A DNA stretch of 64,000 nt from the NCBI RefSeq assembly GCF_009914755.1, contig NC_060928.1; one strand, given 5' to 3'. The DNA is from the human T2T-CHM13v2.0 reference genome, Homo sapiens. Under the pieces are notes generated by a model, which saw nothing but the letters and a program-made list of their open reading frames with translations, did no database searches and was not told where the DNA came from. Shown here one piece after another: positions 1 to 15,114 of this stretch; within the stretch, counting starts at the first letter, position 1, and every line of letters starts with the position of its first letter. The translations under genes were made by a program, and so were the position numbers.

Positions 1-423
<423 letters not shown>

Positions 424-597
424 TTAGTAGTATCTGTAATACACCTTTCTCTTTGGCATTTGTCGTATCTATACCTTCTAATACATTAATACGATTTTGT
501 TTTAAAATAAGGTTGTTTAGAAAGCTGTTAGAAATAGCCCCTCCTTCGCCACTCACCAATTTCACTTTTTCCATGATGTGCTTGTGCCCTCCCTCTT

Positions 598-1040
598 GTT
601 TATAAACATCTATTGAGTGCCAGGCACCGTGCTGGGTGCTGAACATGAAACACAAACAAGACCTCTGTTTCGTGTAGTGGGCAAGTAAGACTTTACTGTA
701 AGTAAAATAATTATGCTTATGACAAGAGCTATCAAGAATTAGTTTCCTGTAGTAGAGAATAATGAGGTGGATGGGCTCCTTTTGGGAGGTGACATTCCAG
801 CTGAAGCCTGGAGGAAACAGGAGCAGCCACACAGCAGCGGGAACAGTGCTTTGGTCAGAGGGAATGGAGGTGCAAAGGCCCTAAGGCTGGAAGCCCTGCC
901 GGCAATCCAGGAACTTGGAGAAGGCCAGTGTGGTTTGTAGGATGGTGAGATAAGGTATGTAGTCCTTTAGAAGTCGCAGTAAGGAATTTGAGTTTTGTTT
1001 TTAAGTGTGGTGTGAATTGTTAAAGAATTTTAACCAGGGG
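598..1040 (-). mobile_element. L2 LINE 3' remnant
   Basis: AAACATCTATTGAGTGCCAGGCACCGTGCTGGGTGCTG and GTGCAAAGGCCCTAAGG, typical antisense L2 3' end. Confidence 0.75.
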
Positions 1041-1296
1041 ACTGGAATACAGTGGTATGATCCTGGTTCACTGCAACCTCCGCCTCCTGGGTTCAAGCAA
1101 TTCTCCTGCCTCAGCCTCTCAAGTAGCTGGGATTACAGGCGTGTGTCAACATGCCTGGCTAATTTTTGTATTTTTAGTAGAGACAGGGTTTCTCCATGCT
1201 AGCCAGGCTGGTCTCAAACTCCTGACCTCAAGTGATCCGCCCGACTTCGCCTCCCATAGTGCTGGGATTACAGACATGAGCCACCGCACTCGGTCC
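1041..1296 (-). mobile_element. AluS lacking its 3' end and tail
   Basis: Begins at CTGGAATACAGTGG without poly-T; both arms otherwise present. Confidence 0.93.
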
Positions 1297-2055
1297 TGTG
1301 AATTCCATTTTTAAGAGAATACCATGGGGCAGTCTTGGTCACTTGTCAAACTGGGTCCCTTAGAGGTACACGAAGACACTCTAAGTGGTGTATAAGTGGG
1401 AGGATAACTTGCAAGGACTACGCTTCCAGACCCCCAGGGTGTAGGTATCTCCTAAAGCTGATCTGAGTTGTAAGTTACCATTTTCCACCTCTGCTTTCAC
1501 AATCTCTTTTCTCCACGTTACAAAAGAAAGCTGTATCTTCCACCCAGCCCCAATCCTGCTGTTGGCTTCATCTTGGGCAAAGAGGCAATTTGAAATATTG
1601 GTGTTTGTTAGGAAAAAGTGATCCACTCTGATTGGATGACAAATTCTTTAGTAACTTTGGTGGTTTTCAGATCGTTCCTTTTAGTAAAATTGAAGGAGGA
1701 CCCAATGAATTTGACAACTGATAGATCATTCAAGTTACTTTTAATGATGGCTCACTGTGTGATTTTTAGATGAAACACTGAGGTAGTTTAGAGAATATAC
1801 GGATAGTGCTGTAATAAAGCTGTTTCAGTACTTACAAGCTTTTTCAGTACTTACATTTAAAAAAGTTAAAAAGGAAAGGATTAAGTTGATAAAAAACCTG
1901 TCTCATTCTAGTAGTGGGTAATGTTCACATCAACCAGTTGGGGGGAAAATAGCTCTGTTCATCTCATTAAAGGATGCATTTTCAATAAGATTTTACTTTC
2001 TGTGTTTAATTACCTATCAAAATTTGTAAAACTTGTTGGTTTGATCAATTGTATG

Positions 2056-2377
2056 CAGTCGGCCCTCTGTATCTGTGACTTCTGCATTCGTGGATTCAAC
2101 AAACTGTGGATCGAAAATACAGAAAAAAAAAGTATCTGTACTGAATATGTACAGACTTTTTCTTGTCATTATTCCTTAATACAGTATAAAAACTATTTAC
2201 ATAGCATTCACATTGTATTAGGTATTATTAGTAACCTAGAGATGATTTAAAGTATACAGGAGGATGTGCATAGGTTATATGCAAATACTATATACCATTT
2301 TATATCAGGGACTTGAGCATCTTCAGAATTTGATATTCTTGAGACGTCCTGGAACCAATCTCTCAGGGATTCGACTG
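2056..2377 (+). mobile_element. MER2 (TcMar-Tigger MITE)
   Basis: CAGTCGGCCCTCTGTATC...CGACTG termini followed by TA; internal TAGAGATGATTTAAAGTATACAGGAGGATGTGCATAGG. Confidence 0.88.
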
Positions 2378-2402
2378 TACTAATACAAATTGTATTGATA
2401 AC

Positions 2403-2698
2403 TTTTTTTGTTTTTGGAAACAGTGTCTCACTCTGTTGCCCAGGCTGGAGTGCAGTGGTGTGATCTCGGCCTACTGCAACCTCCCCCTCCTGGGTTCAAG
2501 TGATTCTCCTGCCTCAGCTTCCTGAGTAGCTGGGATGGCAGGTGCACACAATCACGCCCGGCTAATTTTTGTATTTTTAGTAGAGATGAGGTTTCACCAT
2601 GTTGGCCAGGCTGGTCTTGAACTCCTAACCTCAGGTTATCCGCCGGCCTCAGCCTCTCAGAGTGCTGGTATTACAGGCATGAGCCACCACGCCTGGCC
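2403..2698 (-). mobile_element. AluSx-like
   Basis: Full dimer; TSD ATTGATAACT. Confidence 0.95.
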
Positions 2699-2855
2699 TG
2701 AATTGATAACTTAATTCAGAAGGAAAAAAATTAATATTTAGACCTATGGTCATAGGAAAAATGTTTTAAAAACCTGAAATTTCAATTTATATTTATAGTC
2801 TTGTAGCAGAAGGCTTTGAACATAACTATGTATTCAGTTAAAATTCCTTGGGTAG

Positions 2856-3277
<422 letters not shown>

Positions 3278-3449
3278 TCATTTCAGTGGTATTTAGATTC
3301 CATTGAATTTATTTTAAAAAGGGATTGTGAGTTTTATTAAAAATGCCAGTACGTACAGTGTGGCAGAGATTACATTTTTACAGCTGGTAAACGCCCACAA
3401 TTGTAAATGTGACACAACTTAAACATCCTTTTTGGGTGTGTGGGAGCAA

Positions 3450-3820
3450 GAAAAATTGAGGAATGTTGATATCAGGGTAGGGGGTTGAAAGTGGATGGAG
3501 GGAAATGGAACATTTTGAGATACATTCTTGAGGCGGGACAGATCCTTTACTTGTTGAATTTGTTGTGGAGTGTGAGGGAAAGAGAAATCATGGAGAGAGA
3601 GCATCTAGATTTTGGCTTAAATGTCTGGAGAGATGGTGATGACTGTGCTGGGAAAGGATTTAGTGGGAGGGAATCAGGAACTGTGTTCGGCTGCCTCCTG
3701 GGAATCTCAGACTTGATATGACACGTCTACAGGGAGATGGCAGGTAGAGTTGATACCACTCTGGAGCTCGGAGGCCAGGGCTGCAGACCCAGGTGTGGGT
3801 GTGTGCAGCCCATAGAGAGC
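3450..3820 (-). mobile_element. L2 remnant
   Basis: Purine-rich antisense L2 motifs (GGAGATGGCAGGTAGAGTTG...CTGGAGCTC). Confidence 0.55.
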
Positions 3821-4229
3821 TGTGTTGCACGTGCCTTTGTATTTGTTTTCTTTTGTAGATGCAGTTCTCTTCATTCTTATTATTCAGCACTAGTTTCTTT
3901 TTGCCAGTTTTTTCAAAAATCAAACTTTAAGATATTCGTAGATTTTGTCCTTATTGGTCTTTTCACATAGCATCAGATTATCAGAATGAAAGATGTGGGA
4001 ATGAGGGAGAACAGTGTCCTTTTTGACGATGACTTATATAAAAAAAAAATTTTACATCATGCCTGTGTACTTGCAAGCATATACATGGATGTATGAATAT
4101 ATACATGTGTATAATCTATGTGCTTTTTTATTTATAAAAATGAATTAAAGTTTCAGAAAATAGTACTCACTCTTGTTGCCTGCAATGTATTCTATTTTCT
4201 ATTGCATTTTCTTTTATCACCTACTGGCT

Positions 4230-4420
4230 TTATTTATTTTTTGGTAATAGCTTGATTGAGATGTTGTTCACGTAGCATATAATTCACCCATTTAAAGTGC
4301 ACAGTTGGTTTTCAGCATATTCAGAGTTGTATAACTGTTACTACAATAAATTTTAGAAGAACATTTTGTCTTCCCGAAAGAAGTGCCTTACCCTTTAGCC
4401 ATCAACCTCCAATCTCCTAT
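4230..4420 (-). mobile_element. L1MB-type 3' end
   Basis: AGCTTGATTGAGATG...AATTCACCCATTTAAAGTGCACAG. Confidence 0.75.
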
Positions 4421-4837
4421 CCCTGCCTGGATTCATTTTAAAACTCAGTACATCATAGTTCACAGTCTGATCAACCTTAATTTATATGTTTTATCTTCCT
4501 GATATTAAATATTCCAGTATTTTGCTATTTTATCTCTACTTTTTAAAAACTTGACTTGCAAACCTCTTTGTTTCTTTTGGCTTTTTTTGGGTTGAGGTCT
4601 GTTCCTCATGTGTAAAGAAATGATCATGATGTGGGTGGGATGCTGCTTTTAAAAACCTTTGTGTCCATTTTTTGAAAATGCAGATTCTGAAGCTGTCTCC
4701 AAGAATTAGCTCTGTAAGTGTAATGTTCTGTGATTGGTAAATTAGTCACCTACGTACTTACTATTCATTTACCTTCTACCTTCTTAATTTTGTAACTTCC
4801 CCAAAACCCACCTTATTTCTTGCTACTTTGAAAAGAA

Positions 4838-5190
4838 AACTTTTGCTTTAGAGTAGATTTAAATTTATAGAAAAATTACAAAGATAGTACAGAGACGTCC
4901 TGTATACCCCTCACCCAGTGAACCCTAATGTTAATGTCTTATATTACTGTGGTACATTTGTCACTGAGAAACCAACATTAGTATCTTACTGTGAGCTAAA
5001 CTCCACACTTTATTCACATTTCACTAGTTTTTCCCTAATGTTCTTTTTGGAGGCAAGTCATTAAGTGAAGTTGAGCTTCACCGACACAAATTATATGAAA
5101 TTCTGTATGGGAGATTTGTCGGTTCTCATTTATTTATATCTTGTGAGCTCATGGATATTTATACTTTGGGTTATAATCCAATATTAGGTT
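4838..5190 (-). mobile_element. L1MC-type 3' end
   Basis: AGAAAAATTACAAAGATAGTACAGAG...TATACCCCTCACCCAG. Confidence 0.75.
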
Positions 5191-6368
5191 TGCCCTGCTG
5201 TTTTAATGTCATTTATCCTTAATCTTATTTATGAAGTTATTAACATTTGTTTACACATTTTTCAAATTTTATTATGATTTTAATTTTAATAACTACCCCA
5301 CGATACCAGCTTAATGAAGGTCAGGTGGACTTAAAGTTAATAGAAGAGCACCATTTATCAGTTCCACAAAATGAATGCATTGTCTCTTAAGAACCCATAC
5401 AGAGGAGTCACTACTAACTTTGGACTTGAGAAATAATTTGCCTGTAAGACAGTCTTAGCATGTTCCCCAAATGTAAAGGAAGCGCTGATGTCTATCACTG
5501 GACAGAAAGAATCTAAAGAGTGAGGAGGTCTCTGTTTTACTGGCAAGACTGCCCAAGGTGGGGCTGGAACGGGACCAGTGTGAATTCTGGGCAGCAGGCT
5601 TCCTAGAGCAGCTTGCCTGTTACCTCAAAGTCTGGGAAAGCTTTCAGGGTAATTGGCCTCATTGAAGATTTTGTTTATGTTATTCTGCCTTCATCTTCTG
5701 TGGATGCTATGTAATTGTATTTGGTCGAAAGCCAAAAAAGCAATATTTGAGAAATGTTCTTCCCTCTTTCCTCTTCATCCCCATTTTTCCCTGGGTATTC
5801 TCAAATATCAACAGTAATATGTTCCTTTGCTGAGAAAGATCGTTTTTGGGAATTCAGTGATGAGAGCAAAGGGGAACTGACTTCAGCTCTTACTAGAACT
5901 GAATGCCCTGGGAAGCATGTCTGGCTCTCTGTATATATCTCTCTCTGGTAAGCCTTTTTTTGAGTTATATTTGAATAGCAGAAGTTTAAGCATTGACAAT
6001 GTATGAGTAGTATATTCAGGTTTTAAAATGCGTACAAAAATCATAAATACTGTCTAGGTACAATGTCTATGAAAGTTTTTTTTTTGGTGGTTTTTTGTTT
6101 TTAAAATGTACTTTTATCTGATTAGTAGTAACAGCAGCAAAATGTGTTCTCCTGAAATAGTTTTAACACCAGTGAAAGGTGGATCTTGGGAGCCAGAACA
6201 TGAAGAGAATCTCATTGTCCTGTCAGCAACATACTGGAAGATACAATTGCAGACAAGAACAACTTAATCTTTGGGGACACTCGCTTTTGGCAGTGAAACA
6301 TTTCAGAGCCCCCACAGGGAGTGGAACTACTTCTCACTTTTCTTTGTTATTCAGAAATGGAAGTTCTG

Positions 6369-6979
<611 letters not shown>

Positions 6980-7059
6980 GGAAATGGAAGTTCCTTCCCT
7001 GTTTATAGGATCTCACATTTTTTAACCTGAAGTATCTCACCAGGGTTCCACTGGGGACC

Positions 7060-7830
7060 TTCCTATCTTCCCACCCTGTCATCTACCTAGGTGACCCAGC
7101 CTGTTCTGTTGGCTTTAAAAAAATTAAAAGAAAAATTTTTTTATGGCTACACAGCAGTGTATATATTTGTTGCTCTGTTGGCTTTTTATATACTCTCTAT
7201 ATAGAAGGAAGTTGAACATGGATCATACCTTCTCCCCAGAGTTCTCCTTTAGCTTGCAGGTGCCACAAAATTACTGTGTCCTGAACTGAGCTTCTGGGCC
7301 TCTCGCTGTCCCCAGTTCCTGTGCCTGCCGTCACGAGGTGTGGTTGAGTCTTCATGTGGTCTTCTGTCTCCATTCTGTAGCCACCCCATCCTGTTCTCCT
7401 CACGTCCATTTGTCCTACATCCTTTCCTGTCATCCCTTTGAAGAACAGCCTTTTATGGACTGCAGTACCTTGGGGACGAAGTGCAGGGTCCTGAGCATGG
7501 CATCAGTGATGTAGAAGCCCTTTGGGGATTGAGGCCTCTTCAACCTCTTCCTCCAGTCTCACTTTCTGATCATTCACCTGGGCTCTCTTTTTTTGCCAAA
7601 ACACTTTTCTCTTCCCCAGCCATCTCCCTCCATCCTGCTTTCCATAGCACCCTGGCACTTATCTTAGCAGAAGGCCGTTACTCCTCTGTTTGGAAATTAC
7701 CTTTCTCAGGGTACCCAAGTTTCTGAGTCTCATGCACCTGTCTCCCTAGCACCTAACCTCATACCTGACACCTGGGTGAAGAGCTGAAGGAATGGGTGAA
7801 GGGCTGACAACTGGGTGAAGAGCTGCAGAA
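7060..7830 (+). mobile_element. Degenerate L2 fragments
   Basis: Pyrimidine-rich L2-like blocks ending TCCCTAGCACCTAACCTCATACCTGACAC. Confidence 0.45.
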
Positions 7831-7969
7831 GGAATGCAAGCTCATGCTTTTACATTTAAAGCTTTTACATTGATTACTTGTTATGTTTTGCACGTCCTCC
7901 ACGTTCAAGCCTGCAAACCATATTTGCCATTGAAATAACAGGACTAGTATTTGTGTTAGAGGCTGTATT

Positions 7970-8582
<613 letters not shown>

Positions 8583-9025
8583 AGAGGCTGTATTTTTATA
8601 CTGAGTTTCTGTAGTTGGTTGTTTTTTTCTTAAAGAGGATGGGTTATTCACTCTATCCATGTATAGCCTCATGGTACCTTCTACAGGGTCCTGTGGGCTC
8701 TGGGAGCTTTGCAGAATGAATGCATTCAACCATGGTCTGTGCAGCCATAACAATGTAAAGTAATTTTTTTGACTGTTGTAGAGCTCATAATTTAGGTGTT
8801 CTCCTTAATACAATACAGATTTTTAAACAGGGTTCTTGGTATATATTAAAATTGTATTCAAGCCACAGAAACCTTTTTTTTAGGTGAAAAAATTGTGAAA
8901 TTTTTAGCAAAGCTTTTGACACCTATTTATATAGTTATTTAGCCTTCAGTTGAAATAAATCAGAAAAATAGTACAGTAAGATCAGAATACTAATTTTGGT
9001 TTTCATTGAAATTTTTAGTTCCTAA

Positions 9026-9330
<305 letters not shown>

Positions 9331-9859
9331 CCTAAAAACACTTTTGGTTCCTCCTAGATAACATGTTTTTACAAGCACCAGGGTGATTAGGTTCGTATTC
9401 ATTTTTATCTTTATATTGAAAGGTTATTTGAACCTTTAATAATTCCATATTAAAGAATTACTTAATTCTTTAAGAATTTTGAAAAAAAAATAATTTTGAA
9501 GGGTTAGTCTAGAATAAAAATAGGCAAAACACTTCGTTAATGTCAACTTTCCTGAAACAAAAAAAGTAGAATTAAGGTCTGGGGAAGCTGGATATTATAC
9601 GTAAATGTAGTGATGCAGTTCCAGAAATTCGTTGTTCCTTACTTTTTAGACTAGAGATTGCCTTTGGGAGAAGTGGTTTAACTCAGCATTAAATTCTGAA
9701 TCAGCTTTGCTTCATTCCATATGCCACTCAGTGGCTTGACTATTTATTGCTACATGTCATAATATTTAACAGTAAAATAACTTAATGGAATCATTCAGTA
9801 AGATGTGCGTTCTGAAGAAAGAGCTAGACAAATCCAACAACCCAAGAAGAGACTTAGGA

Positions 9860-10144
9860 GGCTGGGTGTGGTGGCTCATGCCTCTAGCACTTTGAGAGGC
9901 TGAGGTGGGAGGATCGGCTTGAGCTCAGGAGTTCGATAGCAGCGTGGGTCACAAAGTGAGACCCTGTCTCTACAAAAACAAAACAAAAAAAAAGTGGGGC
10001 GTGGTGATGTGCACCTATAGGCCCAGCTACTCGGCAGGCTGAGGCTCACTTGAGCCCAGGAGGTTGAGGTTGCCGTGAGCTGTGATTTTGCCACTGTACT
10101 CCAGCCTGGGTGACAGAGAGGCCCTATCTCTAAAAATAAAAAAA
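9860..10144 (+). mobile_element. AluJ
   Basis: GGATCGGCTTGAGCTCAGGAG; small deletion in right arm. Confidence 0.9.
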
Positions 10145-10876
10145 GGCTATGAGAAGCTTGTTTTAGGCAAGAATGAAGGTATTGCTGTGTAAGAAAGAGA
10201 AGAGACTTGGGTGTTTTGCCGTTGAGAACCAAACTTACATTTCTTTAGGAAGGCTTCTAGCTAGAGAGTCAGGTATAAGCTGACATTTCGGCTTCTCTTA
10301 TGCAGTGGACATTGTGCTTCAGATTGCTTTCACTTGTCACGGTGGGTCAGTGAGAAATGAAAGTACTTTTTGGATGGATCCCAACATCGGCAGCAGTATT
10401 AATTCTGTGAGGGTGTTCTGGATATGTTATGATATTAAGCTTCTTATTGCTTAAGAAGGTAGCAGAGCTTGGAGTTTCCAGGCTCAAAGGAGAAATTTCC
10501 CAAGGCAGTCTTCTCTGTCTAGGAACACCAATATTAAGATAATGGGGTCTCCTGGGAGCTTGTTACTTGTTTTAAGTGAATTGTCACCAGAGTATTAGTT
10601 TGTTGTTAGAGTCTTCCACATATGAAATATGACCCTGAAGTAAATAGTAATTTTCCCCCCAATCAATTAAACAAAAGAATGTTATCATGTTACAAATAAT
10701 TGCTGTGGTAGTCTAGGCAGTATTTTACAGATGTGTGGTGCCCAATTAATGTTTTTGGAACCATTGTTTTAGCATTGTCTTTGCAACCAATTTATAAATG
10801 ATATGAGAAAAAGTCTTGTTTGCTTATTGTAGTCTTTCTCAATGTTTTCTCCCAAAGTTTTCTCCCAAAGTAGTAG

Positions 10877-11207
<331 letters not shown>

Positions 11208-11277
11208 ATAGGGATGTAGTTTTTAAAGTCTCCTGTAAGCATGAAAATTCTTTGGAAATTAAAAAAAAAAAAATTCA

Positions 11278-11614
<337 letters not shown>

Positions 11615-12259
11615 TCACTGTTGATTCGTTTTTATTATGTTCCAAAAATCTTCTAGTACAATTTATGTTTCAGGAAGGTGGCCATATTTAATTCATTGCG
11701 TTGCCTTCTCTAACATACATGTACACATCCCAGTTTGAGAAACATTGTCCAGTCCCTATTGTTCTTACCCAGTTTGTTCAGGTATTTTATTTGGAAAACA
11801 TGGCTCCGAATGATACATGCATGTTGGATTAAAACTGAACTTCTTCTGTAGGAAAGATGATTTGCCCCCCTGTGAAGTGCCCAGATACCCACTGTTGCAT
11901 TTGAAGGTGGATCCCAGAGAATAGCCTCAGTAAAAGCATAGTCATAGTGTGTGGCCTGCCAAGTGAACCATGTAAAATGTATATAGTAAATAATTCATAT
12001 TGATATTGTGCCTTGTACAACATTGACTTTGAGGGTTGTAACTACCTTGTGGATGTTGCTGCCACTAAATTATTTACAGTAAAGGTTCTGTTTGAATTAC
12101 AATCCAAACAGTGTTCGATTGGTAGTTATGACAGGTGTATGTAGTATGCATTTTTGGTGGAGTAATTCTTCTAGGATTGTAATTAATCCTGTTTCTTCAA
12201 ATCAGGTCATGTTAATCCACTTAATCCATAAAAATTGGATTTAAGTAATTGCCCTTGTG

Positions 12260-12450
12260 TAAACCTTATGGTTTACAAAGTGCTTTCACATGTATCTTCC
12301 TTACATAACCAGGTGGATATGTGGTAGTATTCCCATTTTATAGATGAGGAGACAGGTTCATCAAGGTAAAACAATTTGTTGAAGGTTATAGAGCTATGAA
12401 GTGACAGAACATGTGCGTGATCCTAGGTGTCCTCTCTCTGTAAGTGCATA
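12260..12450 (-). mobile_element. MIR
   Basis: CCCATTTTATAGATGAGGAGACAG core. Confidence 0.75.
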
Positions 12451-12849
12451 CTTGTCTGCTTTGGAGTGGAAAGCCACTTTCCCAATTAGATGTACAGCTG
12501 TCTGTCGAAGGAGACTAAGTCCGAGATTAACGGATGGAAGCAACTGAATACTTTCTTAGGCCCTAGTATTATATGGTTCCTAGCAAATCCCTGAAAAAAA
12601 AAGAGCATGACTCGTGTAAGATAGACCCAGGGTTGGTCCTTCAGTAATATTTTACTGTATGCTAGATAACTTCTTTAGTTTTATGCTAATTCTAAGTGTG
12701 GATTATCCACAGATATTCAGCTACATAGCTTTTGAAATGTGGAAAATTTAAATCTGAAATATTGGGATTAGTTTGTGGAACACATGCCATTGTAATGTGT
12801 GCTGAGAGGTTGCCTTTAGAGGAGCTGTCCTGTCAGCTTGCTTTGCTTT

Positions 12850-13300
12850 GGGATTATTTTCAGCAGCAAGTAACAAAACCCTGACTCAACCAGCTCAAAC
12901 AATAAAGAATGCATGATGTCACTTAACAAGAAGCCTGGAGGCAGGGTGGTTCTGGGTTGGTTTACTCAGCAGGTTAGTGTCAGCACCTGGGAGCCTGGTT
13001 CTTCGGACCTGTCTGTTCTGTTGGACTCTGTGTGCCGTGCAGCTCCCCTCACGTTTGCAGGAGGTCTGTGTGCTTCACAGCCTCCCAGCCTCCCACCTGA
13101 ACATCCAAAGGCAGGTTAAAAGAACCCCTGGCTACTTTCTCAGAAGTACTCCCCAGCAGACTTCCCCTTCACATCTTACAGGTGGGTCTGCACTCACCTT
13201 GAACCACTCACCCACCCACGCCTGTGGAGTGGTGGAACCACGTGATCAGCTCTGTCCTGCAGGGTTTAGTCATAGGGAGCACAACCCGGCTTTGCCTAAG
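12850..13300 (-). mobile_element. Old MaLR solo LTR (MLT1K/L-like)
   Basis: GCAAGTAACAAAACCCTGACTCAACCAGCTCAAACAATAAAG. Confidence 0.6.
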
Positions 13301-13402
13301 TGGGAGGAAGGGAATGGGCAGTGGGAAGGCCGACAGCAGTGTGTGCTATGCTGAGTGCTATGCTGGGCCACCTGAGCTCAGCGAGAAATGAGCGGTCTAG
13401 GG

Positions 13403-13588
13403 CAGTGTTTCTCGAAGCCTGGTCCAGGGACCTAAATCAGCATCGCTTGGGAACTCGCTAGACTGGCCGGTTCTCAGACCCCACCCCAGACCTGGTGTGA
13501 ATCAGAAGCTCTAGGGGAGGAGCCCAGAGATCTGTTTTAACAAGCCCTCCAGGTGGCTCTGATGCACGCTCAAGTTTGAAAACCATTG
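13403..13588. mobile_element. MER5A (hAT-Charlie MITE)
   Basis: CAGTGTTTCTC...TTTTAACAAGCCCTCCAGGTG...AGTTTGAAAACCATTG. Confidence 0.88.
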
Positions 13589-14133
13589 GCCCAGGGTGAG
13601 GCAGCTCAGGGACCATGTTACAAAATATACTTTTTGTGGAGGATTAAATAATGAGAGGTAGAAATAGTCTTGTAGGTAAAACAGTGGGTGGAAATTGGGA
13701 GATGGTTGCTTTTCAGCCTGACTTACCACCACTGGCCCAGGATTTTATCAAACCTAGAATCCGTACGTATTCTCTTCATAGGGTATGGAGTGTTAGCTGG
13801 TGGATCGAGTGTGTCCGAAGAAGTTCTGCTGCAATGATGCACATGGGGGTGGGGTTCCAGGCTGAGCTTTGGTGTCCACCTATCAGGGTCTCATATGTCC
13901 TGGCATGCCTGGTAAATAGGTGGGTTAGGCCATTGCAGGTCAGCTTCCAGGGGAGGACTGAGGAACCTTCTGAGGGAGAATTCATTCATTATAAGGGAAG
14001 TAAGTTTGGCAGAAAACCTTGGCCCAGTAACAGAAAGTCTCAGTTGTTGGATGGGAGTGGCCACTCACAGCACAGGGTGGTATGTGTATTCAGATCTGTC
14101 TCCTGGCCCAGGCCCCTGTGGAGCTGCACAGGC

Positions 14134-14135
14134 GT

Positions 14136-14179
<44 letters not shown>

Positions 14180-14660
14180 CACCCTCGTGGGCCTGTGGCT
14201 GAGCTGTATGTGTGTGTGTGGGAGTGTGCGAGAGAGAGGAGCCAGGGACAAGGAGAGAGACCCTTGTGGGCCTGTGGCTGAGGTGTATGTGTGTGAGAGA
14301 GAGTGAGAGAGACAAAGAGACAGACAGACTCTGGTGGGCCTGTGGCTGAGATGTGTGTTTGTGAGTGCGAGAGAGCAGACAGGGACAAAGAGAGAGACCT
14401 TTGTGGGCCTGTGGCTGGTTGTGTGTGTTTGTGTATGTATGAGAGAGAGACAAGAGAGACTCTTGTGAGCCTATGACTGAGGGGTGTGTGTGTGTATGTG
14501 TGCATGTTGAGAGAGACCCTGGTGAGCCTGTGGCTGAGTTTTGTGTGCGTGTGTGTGTGTGAGAGAGAGACCGAGACCGTTGTGGGTTTGTGGCTGAGTT
14601 TTGTGTGAGAGAGAGAGACCCTGTGGGCCTGTGGCTGAGTTGTGTGTAAGAGAGAATGAG
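14134..14660. repeat. Compound VNTR: 8 copies of a GTGGGCCTGTGGCTGAG core separated by variable (TG)n(AG)n tracts
   Basis: Cores near 14188, 14266, 14334, 14403, 14465, 14522, 14582 and 14623; preceded by a pure (TG)n(AG)n run at 14134-14179. Confidence 0.92.
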
Positions 14661-14928
14661 GGTGCGTGAGTGCACCAGTGTGAGTGGGGTTGTTGGGGCA
14701 TGAGGAAGGATATTACTTAAGGCAAAACTGAAAGAAGTGTTCTAAAAATTCTGTGAGAAACTGGGGTGGGCGGAAGCAGCACGGGGCACTGCCCACCCCA
14801 AGGGGACTTCCACACCCCGTCCTGCAGCTGGAGGGCCAGGGCTGCCTGTGGGAGGAGTGGGGACCGGGCCCTGGTGAGGGCAGGGCCCAGAGGAGGCAGC
14901 CGGGAACTTGGAGAGAAGGAACAAAATT

Positions 14929-14950
14929 GGGACAAGGGCCTGGGCCTGGG
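14929..14950 (+). other. Canonical G-quadruplex motif
   Basis: GGG-ACAA-GGG-CCT-GGG-CCT-GGG. Confidence 0.6.
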
Positions 14951-15114
14951 ATAGCCCAGCCTGTTGTGTGCCACTTACAGGGGAGAAGGGCCTCCCCAGC
15001 CACACAGCAACCCGGGGATTCCCTGCGGCTCTGTTGTGGTGGAGTGGGAGCATTTGCCAGCTGAGGGGGCTGGATGGAGTAGGGCAACAGGAAGCAACTC
15101 AAGTTCAAGTGTGG

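Noticed and set aside
10844-10871. Small tandem duplications (GTTTTCTCCCAAA x2; also 1818-1855, 7771-7826, 13342-13365)
   Set aside because: Ordinary slippage duplications with no sign of function.
14180-14660. CRISPR-like repeat-spacer appearance
   Set aside because: The DNA is human, the spacers are related microsatellites rather than unique sequences, the repeats are degenerate and there are no cas genes.
14040-14701. 211-aa and other His/Thr/Ser/Leu-rich ORFs
   Set aside because: These are translations of (CA)n/(CT)n tracts in the VNTR, which lack stop codons by composition.
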